A DNA stretch of 57,132 bases, counting the filler, from Circinaria calcarea (Eukaryota), in assembly GCA_051942165.1 (NCBI GenBank). It is 2 parts of 2 records of this genome, joined end to end, with 100 filler letters (N's around TTAATTAATTAA, not from the genome) between each part and the next. Parts side by side here need not be neighbours in the genome. Positions count along the whole stretch, not along the records: positions 28,671 to 57,132 come from JAVECS010000055.1; 1 more part is not named here. The stretch is one strand, 5' to 3'. This document shows positions 36,427 through 46,631 of this stretch, one piece after another. A program made the position numbers and the translations under genes. The stretch's first letter is position 1; every line of letters starts with the position of its first letter. Below the pieces are notes generated by a model. That model had not been told where the DNA came from. It did no database searches and saw only the letters and a list, made by a program, of their open reading frames with translations.

Positions 36427-37183
36427 ATGGAAAGTCTGTCGCTTCAAGACTTACCGCCCACGGGCGGTCCAAACAATGTGCATCCTCCACCGGCACCTCA
36501 GGGGGCTCCACAGCTACCACCCCAAGTAAGAACTTGCAGTGTAAACAAACAATATTTACCTCAAGCTTACGTATAGGGTGGCAGATGTTCACGACTGCGG
36601 CTCAATTACTAGATCTGACCGACAGTACGCCTCACCACCTTAATTCACTTCTCAGAGTATCAATTGAGAATCTACAAGGCTGACCGGCGCGAGCGACCTT
36701 GGCTACGTGTAGAGAAGTTGATGCTTGTTCTTCGAGACGGTAGGAAGTTGATCGGTGTCCTGAGGAGCTGGGATCAGTTTGGTATGGGTCGTTGCCAGCA
36801 TCTCCTGGCCTTGCGCTTACGTCAAGTCAACCAGCAAATCTAGTTCTACAAGACACCATTGAGCGAATCTTCGTCAACGACTTGTACACGGATATACCAA
36901 GAGGAATATTCCTTGTTCGCGGGGAAAACGTGCTGCTCTTGGGCGAGATTGTGGGTTTACCAGAAAGAGTGGAAACATAACGACTTGGGTATTGAGAACT
37001 CTCATTTAGGACCTTGACAAAGATGATTACATACCGGATTCATTCCGTAAGGCCTCACCGGAAGAAGTACATGCACTTACCGTGAGGCAAGCTGCGGATA
37101 GGAAGCGAGGGGACAAAGTCCGACAATCGAAGCTGCAGGAGTTGGGATTCGAAGTGGAACACACAGGTGAAATACTTTTTTGA
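36427..37183 (+). CDS. LSM1: Sm-like protein Lsm1 (mRNA decapping activator)
   Basis: PQLPPQ|MFTTAAQLLDLTD|KKLMLVLRDGRKLIGVLRSWDQF|ANLVLQDTIERI..RGIFLVRGENVLLLGEI|DLDKDD..LGFEVEHTGEILF*. Confidence 0.93.
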
Positions 37184-37512
37184 AGAAAGTATGTGGACCT
37201 CTACAGAATAAAGACCGTTCATCGATATGAGGGCTGCGGGGCAAACGCAAGAGCATGACCTGGCAGATGCAGAATATTGTGAAATGCATATACTGCCAGG
37301 AGACGGGGATAGAGAGAGCAAAGAAGATGTTGAACGCGATTCAAAGTCGATGGTATTGCAGTTTGTAAAATTTAGGTCCTCTATCAACAAAATACTGATG
37401 GTCCTACCGTGCGATTTATGACCTGGTTACCTAGGACTAATATGCCTTGATCGATTTAGACGAAGCCTTGATTCACACTAATACCCCGTGCTACAGCTAT
37501 CAAGATCTTCCC

Positions 37513-38403
37513 TCAGACTCTCCTCCTCCGCTTGGCCCGGAATCGGATCTCAATGTCTTCCCAATTCAGCTTCCACCTACCAATCCTGTCGTTAAGGGCA
37601 TTCAGCTCTCGTGCGGGAATATAAGGGATGGCCTGCATTTCAAGCATCTTCATCTTGAATTTCAGGTATGTGATTTCGGCTTGGTCCCCAATTATCTCTG
37701 CCTCGCTACGCTTGAAGTCAGCATTAGTACCTCGGTCTATGTGTTGGATAGCATCGTACAGTTCTTCAATCTCCAACGCAAGCTCCGAAACCTTTTCTGC
37801 TGCTTCCTCGGTCTTCGCGATTGCGATGTCATGAAGATGCTGGGCGGATGTCAGCCTAGGAACCCCATAATGTGGGCTAAGGTCTTGCTTAGAACTGACC
37901 TTAAAATCCTGCTGTCGTTGGCGGAGCTGCTTTGCGGCATGCGTTACCCTGTCCAGTAACTCATGAGCAGCTTGCGATATTTGCACTCCATACTTGTCTG
38001 CTTTTGCGACCTCCGGCGCATCCACCTTTGCAGAGCTTGGAGAAGTCGCGTCGCTTGGGACCACTGAAGCAGTGTCAGAGTCGCTGTCCAAAATGCCAAC
38101 GCCGGGGCGTCGCTGCGGGGGCGTTAGATGCTCCTGCGCGTTCTGAGCCAGTAAGTTTTCCGCGTTTTCGAGTTGCCGAGATAGGTCGCTAACGCAAGCT
38201 GCTGAGAGCCGTCTTGTCGCCATGCTGCTTAAGACATCTTGCCATCTTCGCAGCAACAGCGCTTGTGGATCATCGATTTGGACTGTAGGTGGTATGGACT
38301 GGGTGGATTGGGTGTGGTAGTCGGAGGTCGAGGAGAAGGACTGGGAAGAGTGGAATATCTTTTGCGCGGAGAAGCGACTTGGTCTTGAACTGTAGATACT
38401 CAT
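37513..38403 (-). CDS. Uncharacterised coiled-coil protein
   Basis: ORF 37513-38457 with first ATG at 38403 (MSIYSSRPS). Heptad-rich segments (LLDRVTHAAKQLRQRQQDFK, AEKVSELALEIEEL, EITYLKFKMKMLE). Probably two short in-frame introns. Confidence 0.65.
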   Translation of the reverse strand: MSIYSSRPSRFSAQKIFHSSQSFSSTSDYHTQSTQSIPPTVQIDDPQALLLRRWQDVLSSMATRRLSAACVSDLSRQLENAENLLAQNAQEHLTPPQRRPGVGILDSDSDTASVVPSDATSPSSAKVDAPEVAKADKYGVQISQAAHELLDRVTHAAKQLRQRQQDFKVSSKQDLSPHYGVPRLTSAQHLHDIAIAKTEEAAEKVSELALEIEELYDAIQHIDRGTNADFKRSEAEIIGDQAEITYLKFKMKMLEMQAIPYIPARELNALNDRIGRWKLNWEDIEIRFRAKRRRRV

Positions 38404-38699
38404 GGTATGAGATAGATAAAACGAACATGGGACTGCCTTGCTACATAAACAAGTCACCGTGACGGTGTTGGACTGCGATGCCTCTCGATGCCAGGCTCGT
38501 GGATATATCTGAATGTGCGGGAGGGGCGTCTAATGCTATCCCTGTTGAAAACCGATATTCAAGGACTGCAACGGTTTGCGCGCGTAGGGCTACATACTAC
38601 TAGCGTAATTCTACATGTAAGTTGACGCCGAGTCATTGCCAATATCTCCCCTCCATTATGTAAATGGGCTCAAGCCGAAACTTTGGATAGATTGTCGAA

Positions 38700-40525
38700 A
38701 TGGCTCCTCGGGTAATGACTGTGTTCCTCCGTTATGTCTGATACAAACAGCTCACGATAAGAAAGGTGAATGTCCAACCATCTCTAGAAGTGGCTCAAGA
38801 TGTTCTCAGTCGTTCCAAAGGCTCTCTCAAAGCACCGAACCTCGTGCCCCTATGTGCTGCAATTCCGGCCGATATATTGACACCTTCGCTAGCATATCTC
38901 AAGCTCTCAGCAAAGTCAGTCAGCCAGCAAGACGCAGCCCATCAACTGTGCTGAAGACTCGACAGGTCAACATCCAAATTGTCCTTTCTCTTGGAAAGTG
39001 CTGCAACAACGGAAACCATTGGTCGTTATAGCTTTGTGGGGGCAGGTAATTAATTGACTTGGAAAGCCTTGAGATGTTTACGCGTTGCTGAGAAACGCAC
39101 TGTCAAGATCCCCGGAAGGTGATTAAAACAGGTCCAGGTCATGGCCCTGCTACCAATCCCCTGCCACTTCTCGCGGAAGAACTCTCGCACTTCCGTGAAG
39201 CTACGATACCGGGCCTCAATCTCCCTCCGATGACTGGCGGTGCAGTCGGGTATGTAGGCTATGATTGCGTACGATACTTTGAACCGCGGACAGCACGTCC
39301 CATGAAGGACGTTCTTCAGGTTCCGGAATCCCTCTTCATGATGTTTGATACCATCGTTGCCTTTGACCATTTTTATCAGATGATCAAAGTAATCACATAC
39401 ATGCATGTGCCGAGAGCTTTGGACGAAGACCCGCATCTTCTCTCAGCGGCCTATGATTCCGCTTCCAAAACTCTCAAAGATACGATATCGACACTTCTCT
39501 CGCCTGAAATTCCGCTCCCACACCAGCCTCCAATTACCCCTAATCAAGAATATATCTCGAATATCGGCCAATCCGGCTATGAAGCCCATGTTCGCACGCT
39601 GAAAACTCACATCTCTTGCGGCGACATCATTCAAGCCGTTCCTTCGCAGCGGTTCTCCCGGCCCACTACCCTTCACCCGTTCAACATCTACCGGCATTTA
39701 CGTACCATAAATCCAAGTCCCTATCTCTTCTACATCGACTGTGCCACTATGCAACTTGTTGGTGCGAGTCCAGAGCTGCTGGTCAAAGCAGAGAATGGCC
39801 GTATTATCACCCACCCCATTGCCGGTACTGTCACGCGCGGTAAAACACCCGAAGCCGACGAGGTTCTTGCCGAAATGCTACGAAACAGTCTGAAAGACCG
39901 TGCTGAACACGTAATGCTTGTTGATCTCGCTCGCAACGACGTCAACCGAGTTTGCGACCCGTTTACCACTTGCGTCGACCGACTTATGGTCGTTGAGAAA
40001 TTCAGCCACGTGCAGCATCTCGTCAGTCAAGTCAGTGGCGTTCTACGCGACGGTATGAGTCGGTTCGACGCCTTCCGTAGCATTTTCCCTGCCGGTACCG
40101 TAAGCGGTGCTCCCAAGGTCCGTGCTATGGAATTAATCGCCGAACTCGAGGGTGAAAAGCGAGGGGTTTATGCCGGCGCGGTAGGCTACTTTGGCTATGA
40201 CAGTGTCAGCTTCGATGAGAAGGGTGAGGCGAAAGTGGAAGAGGGCGCAATGGATACATGTATTACCTTGAGGACCATGCTGGTAAAGGACGGTGTGGCG
40301 TATTTGCAAGCGGGTGGCGGGATTGTGTTTGATAGCGATCCGTACGAGGAGTGGATGGAGACGATGAACAAGCTCGAAGCGAACATGCAGTGCATTGCGG
40401 GTGCGGAAGAGAGGTATGGAGGCGGAGAGGAAGAGGTCGGTACGGGTAAGGCGGCCGAGCAGGTAAAGCAGATGGACAGGGTGAGCGACGAGGTAGGTAG
40501 GGTAAGGGTGAAGGGTACTGTGTAA
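38700..40525 (+). CDS. TRP2: Anthranilate synthase component I
   Basis: ADILTPSLAYLKL, FLLESAATTETIGRYSFVGA, GGAVGYVGYD, GDIIQAVPSQR, INPSPY, HPIAGT, KDRAEHVMLVDLARND, FPAGTVSGAPKVRAM, YLQAGGGIVFDSDP. Confidence 0.96.
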
Positions 40526-40673
40526 TGGGTGGACAAGTTGCACGTTCAAACATGAATCACAATGAGCTCAAAGCTGGAGATGACAAAAAGGGATATGTAT
40601 TGCCTTCTACTCACGGTCTGAATGTATAACGCCTATAAGGCCAAACGGGATCTGAATGTTTGTCTTGAATCCT

Positions 40674-40710
40674 AAGCCAAGAAGCCAAGAAGCCAAGAAG
40701 CCAAGAAGCC
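40674..40710 (+). repeat. (AAGCCAAG)4.6 tandem repeat
   Basis: aagccaag x4 + aagcc between TRP2 and RRP42. Confidence 0.9.
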
Positions 40711-40955
40711 GACGATCGTGTGAAAATCTTCTTCGCGACAAAATCTACATTGTCGACTCCAAGTAAGAAAGGGGGTGACCTGACGGGATACCTTGATAGA
40801 ACCTTAAGGCTATGTTAAACGTAAGAAATTGTGCAGAGAATAGACGAATATCGGGTTATGGATCTACTGGCGGTGGATAAAAATGATAAATATATTGTGA
40901 AAGCCTTTCAAGCCACCCTCTTGTCGGCTAATCCTTCCCCGCCGTTCATCCTTTT

Positions 40956-42142
40956 ATGGCACCTTCAACGACGCAGCTCCTGCTTTCACCCGCTGAGCTC
41001 TCCTATCTCCACTCCTCTCTCTCCTTCATACCACCCATACGCCCTGATTCCCGCCATCCTTCCCAATTTCGACCGCTCATCGCGGAAACAGATATCCTAC
41101 CTGGAACCAATGGTAGCGCACGAATATGCTTCGCCGACGGGACAGAAGCCATTGTAGGTGTAAAAGCCGAAGTGGAGAAAACTCCTTTGCGTGGGTTGAA
41201 CGGTGATGACTTGAAGATACACATTGGCACTGGAGCGCAAGATGAAGAAATGGGTGATGTGGAGGAAGAGGAGGGAGTCACGCCAGGTAGAAAAGGCGCG
41301 GGGGAAAATGGCTGGGTAGAGATGACAATTGATATTCCAGGATTCAGAGAGGACGATGCACTGCCGGTGTTTCTGGCAGCTATGCTCAATGAAGCTTTAC
41401 TGTCGACGGGGGACTTGGTGGATAAATTGTGGATCAACCGCCGCTGGCACTGGAAGCTTTATATTGATGTATCTATGGCAGCTGACTTGTTTGACATAAT
41501 GCTAATCTTTGAGCAAAGATCCTACTTCTCTCGCCACCTCTCTCATACCCTATCCCCCTCCTTTCCCTTACTACCCATTTGGCCCTTTTATCCACTCGTC
41601 TTCCAGCCCTCAAGTCAGAATTGGACGAGGATCCACTTTTTGACGATGACTGGGAGGCATCAATACCACTCTACCCACGCTTCAACAAGGCCATTAATAC
41701 TAAAGCATCTACCAAGCCAAGCTATCAAAGCCGCCCACCAATAACCCTTCTCGTTATGGCCATTGGACCGAACATCCTTTTCGACCCTACACGCGAAGAA
41801 CTTGCCGTTGCCGACGCCGTGCTCGCTGTTTCCATCACAACATCATCGTTATCTACACCCAGCAACTCCGATTCACTACAACTCCTCTCCATCCGTACTA
41901 TCGATCCGCCATCCCGTCTGACCACGCCAGGCATCCCGGATGCTCTCAACACGGCAACTGGGGGAGGTCAGGCTGGTGAGAAAGAGGTAGGTCAACGCGA
42001 GGGAAATGAAGAAGGGGTCTGGAGGCCCCCAAGGGGAGGTATGAAGAGGGGTCTAGTGGGGAAGATATTGGGGTTAATTTTAGAAAAGGGCGGAGTAGGC
42101 GAGGAGGTACTAGCGGGATTGGAAGGGGTAGATGTAGCTTAA
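40956..42142 (+). CDS. RRP42: RNA exosome RNase PH-like subunit, Rrp42-like
   Basis: LLSPAELSYLHSSL..PIRPDSR..FRPLIAETDILPGTNGSARI..EAIVGVKAEVE..WKLYID|ILLLSPPLSYPIP..ALLSTRLP..LFDDDW..FDPTREE. Confidence 0.85.
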
Positions 42143-42776
42143 TGCAAAAATTTAACAGTATCTAGGAAAAGCATGGCGACTGAGGCTTTCTGACTGTGTG
42201 AGAGGGGCTACTTCGCCAGAATCTACTTGCTAGGCAATTGGAAAGTATACCACGAGGTCTTACTTAGATAGCTAATTTCCCGAAGCTAGGTTCCCTACCA
42301 TCACGATCCCACTTGCAGTTTCCGGAAACCCCTTCCTCCAATCCCTCTATTTAGCAAATGATGTCTTCAAAGATGCGGGGCTTGTAGTGCTAGGTTATTT
42401 AGGTCTTCGCAAAGGGCGCTCTGACTTCATTGGTAAGCCTGCCCCTGGGACAGAATAGTCTCTACGTTTACTATCTGAAGAGAATGGAGTATCTTTCCAG
42501 CTGTGGTAGCGACTTGAATGATGTTGGATATACTTGTGTATTGCTCAGCGTTAGCCGTAGCAAAAAATCGAATCGTTTTCCTATTTGAGTGGAAAACTAG
42601 GCTTAATCGAGCAAAACACTTAAGACTTAATTAAGCGAAACACTAAAACCTTTTAGGCCAGAATGAAAAGGCCAGAAAAAAAATCACCCGTAGACTTTTA
42701 GTGTCGGGACCGGAAAATCTTGCGCCGAGATAAAGTCCTCCTCTTCTGTTTCCTTGTCGTTTCAGGGCATACGATA

Positions 42777-43943
42777 TTAATGCTTGGCGTTATAGGTCCA
42801 TAAGGCGACCTCCAAATCAGAGCCGCTGGAGGAATTATTATGTTTATCACTTCTACGTGACCTTGAATCGCCGCCTTTGGACGAAGCGTACCAAGACCCG
42901 AGAGTGAGGGACTTTGAGGAAAATTTGGGAAGGAGTGGTCGATAGGTAGGTAGATTGGCGCATACAAAAGCAGATCCAATGGAAAGGTTTGACCAGATCG
43001 GAGCTTGTGTGAAGGAGTCTGCAACAGGTTTAGCGGCAACCTATGAAACTACTGTGCGGGTTGGTGTAGTTTACGTTGTTCTAAGCCTGGAGAGTAAAGA
43101 TAGTAGATTCGTAGGATTGAAGTGATGCAAACGCTAGTAGATGATGTCAGCAACAAATATGTTACAGAAAACAAGACATTGAGAATCGTAACGGAGGTCT
43201 TACAAGGCCCCGAGGATGAAGGTTATGCTTAGCATGATTTTCTGGGTCTTCGGCAGCTGTAGTTTCTGGATCATGCGGATAGGAAGACAGATTATAAGAA
43301 TATCGAGGATTATGTTCGTGAATTCATAGCCGAGGACAAATTGTGGAATCGAGATGCAATGCCCCGAGGTGATTGTTTTGTCCCAAGCCAACGAAATTGG
43401 TGTACACTGAAAAATTGTGACAAGTAGTGAAGCAATGAACCATGCTAAGCACAAGACGAGGACTAGCAGGCTCTGCCGGCGAAAAGACTGAGTTGCAAAA
43501 ATGCGGCGGTAAAGACAGAGCAGTGATATTTTGATGGCGATGTTAGCGCATTCGAAGAAGCTTGCCGAAACATAATGAATCTAGTATTAAAGTAAGCCAT
43601 GGTAATACCTTTGCGATCGGTCAACTTTACCAGAAGTAATTCTTTATACTCGGCAGCCGATAGTTGTATCTCATTTATTTGAGCCTGACCCATATATAGT
43701 ACTGAAAGCTGTGCTCAATTAAGCCGGCCATGGAGAAGAAGAAAAGAAGTTACCTCTCAGTACCAAACCAAAGTACGCGACGCTGGAAGCCCATGCAATG
43801 GAGATCCACCAATCATCGAATCCCCACTTTGCCTTAGTCTTACTTTTTGCAAGCAACCTTAACAGTACTGAACCAGAGTCGATCGTAAGAAGCGCAATTG
43901 TCAGGGCGATGATGGATTTGGAACTGTAGTTAAGGACCACCAT
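42777..43943 (-). CDS. PTH11-like (fungal rhodopsin-domain) integral membrane protein without a CFEM domain
   Basis: Spliced exons: VLLRLLAK..WGFDDWW / IAIKISLLCLYRRIF..IFQCTPISLAWD..GHC..NIILDILIICLPIRMIQKLQLPKTQK / VCITSILRI / IWSNLSIGSAFVCANLPTYRPL; stop TAA at 42777. Confidence 0.85.
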
Positions 43944-44675
43944 CTTGATCAACCAAACTTGAGAGTATATGCCAGATTTGACCAAGGGACAATCGCGAGC
44001 TTTGATAATAGCATACGTGTGCCAACCTACTTCGTGCCCGACGAAGGGAGAACAAGAGACTGAATTGCCAGATGGTCAATGTGCGTGTTGACCGCGCAGC
44101 TGACAAGCACAAGATCCGCCGATGTTAAGAATATCTTTCTTATAACTAAGGGCCGGATCCTCTTGCTTAGCCATGCGAGTGCAGTTGAGGCCCCCACTTT
44201 CTTGTGCTACCACACTTGCTGGAAAATGAGCTCAGCTCACGGCACAGCATCTGAATCTGTGAACTGAGCTGGTCTTCGAAGCACGCAATATGCAATTGCA
44301 CAGCGGTCAGCATTGGCGCGAATAGTAGGCCAGCCAGACATATTCCAATAGGCAGAGTTGGTGCAGATAAAAATACCGGTTGCTTATTCATATTACTTTG
44401 CTGACCCTGCAGGGTGAGCATCAGCCAATGGGTGGAGGGAGCAGCTATCAAATGGATGCCTACACTCGCAGCCTCTGCACTGACAACGCATCCGAAAACC
44501 TTTGTAGCACAGGGTGATGGGCTGTCATCTACCTCACAATGCTACTTCACTGGAAATATGACTCTTCAGCAAGTTGGTCCGTGGAGGGGTATGGTTGAGT
44601 AAGAAATCGGAGGTGTCAAACTCACAGCAATACTCTTCGCAAAACACATCAGCGTCTTCTTGGATTCCAATCACC

Positions 44676-46050
44676 ATGTCAATTATACGACCTTATACGA
44701 TTTCAATTCCGGACTCCGCTATCGCTCAACTTACTCAGAAGCTTTCCTCTGTCATTGTTCCCGACGAGCTTGACGAGGTAGGTTGGGAATATGGTGCCCC
44801 GCTTGATGAAGTGAGCAGACTATTAGCGTATTGGAGGGACAAATTCAAGTGGAGAAATGTAGAGGCGCGGCTCAATCAGCTGCCAAATTACACATGTATC
44901 ATCCAAGCAGAGACATTCAGTCCGCTACAAATCCATTTCGTGCATTCTCAGAGCAAAGTCGACAACGCCATTCCGCTCCTTTTCATCCATGGCTGTACGC
45001 CCCACTTCGCGCGATGATATTTTTGCCCTCAGTTAATCCTGTACACAGGGCCGGGCAGCTTTCTAGAGGTATCGAAGCTGCTCTCGAGCTTGGCAAGTGC
45101 AGATGGCCCTGCATTCCATATTGTTGCCCCGTCTCTCCCAAATTTTGGGTTCTCGGAGGGCGTCAAGAAGCGAGGCTTTGCCCTTGCTCAATATGCCGAA
45201 GTATGCCACAAGCTGATGCAAACTTTGGGCTACAAGGAATACGTGACTCAAGGCGGTGACTGGGTTTGTCAACTCTTCTGCAATCCGAGCAAACCCGCAG
45301 TCTTTGTCAAATGCTAAATATCCCAGGGCTCTTCAATCTCGCGTGTTATCGCTGAGCTATATCCTCATGCCTGCAAGGCAAGCCATCTCAATTTGGTCCC
45401 GGGAGCCTTACCTGGCTTGAGGCACCCGATACTGCTTCTGCAATACATACTAGGCTTCTATAGCCCATTCGAACGGCACGGCCTCGATCGTACGAAGTGG
45501 TTCCAGCAGTCAGGTATGGGTTATTTCCACGAGCAGACTACAAAACCTCAGACTCTTGGATATGCACTGGGAGACAGCCCAGTGGCCCTGTTGGTATGGA
45601 TGTACGAAAAGCTCCACGACTGGACCGATGAATATCCGTGGACTGAGGACGAGATTCTGACATGGGTGTCTATATATTGGTTCTCTTCCGCAGGGCCAGC
45701 AGCAAGCGTGCGAATCTACTATGAGGCGGCGCATAGTTCAACATTCAGAATAGGCCCTGGCGAAAAATGGATTCCCAATGTCAAACTGGTACGTACTAAT
45801 TACCTAGATATCCTCGACGAATCTACCCTAACTTATATAGGGCCTTGCATACTTTCCGAAAGATATACTGGTTCTACCAAAGTCCTGGGGTCGTTCAATT
45901 GGCCCCGTGGTGTATGAGAAGGAAAACCAAAGAGGCGGGCATTTCGCTACTTGGGAACAGCCAGGGAGTGTTGCCGCCGGTCTTAGAGTTATGTTTGGTC
46001 GTGGGGGTGGCGCGTATGGAGCCGTTCAAGACAAAACAGGATATGCTTAA
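44676..46050 (+). CDS. Microsomal-type epoxide hydrolase (EHN + alpha/beta hydrolase)
   Basis: [46 protein letters not shown], nucleophile [35 protein letters not shown]; catalytic triad appears intact. Confidence 0.92.
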
Positions 46051-46631
46051 ATACGCAGCAAGATTTCGCTCTTGGCGTAGGACTGGAGCCACATCTTTTA
46101 AGAGCACATGCATTGTGCAAAACTTGTATGCTGTTATTCTGAAACGAGAAACGGGATATGATATTCGGTGATATATTTTCGCATATTCAATTATTTTTGA
46201 CAAGTTGGTGGTTTACCCAGACCATAGGACGGCAAAGTAGTAGGGATTTTCCAACCCTTTCACCTTAGCTTCAACCTTACCTAAAGAAGCTCCTTTTGAA
46301 AAATAATGTAAGTCTTTAGTTCCATTCAATCGAGGAGCTTATGCTCTATCTATTTTGATATATATCAGAAGTCCACAGCAACCTTGCAAGAATAAGTCTT
46401 ATCTCCACTAATGCTACGTTTTTACCAATGCAAGCGTGAGATCCAAGACCAAATGGATGGAGTACTGAGGAATGGTCAACGAAGTATTCAGTAGGTCTGG
46501 CAAACATGCCATCTGGTCTTTATCTATTAGGCAGCCAACGATCCGGCACGAAGTATTTAAGCTGGTGGAAATAGATCGATAAAGGTGAGATAATCCAGAT
46601 ATAATTCAATACCAACGCCAGCAAGCTCAAT

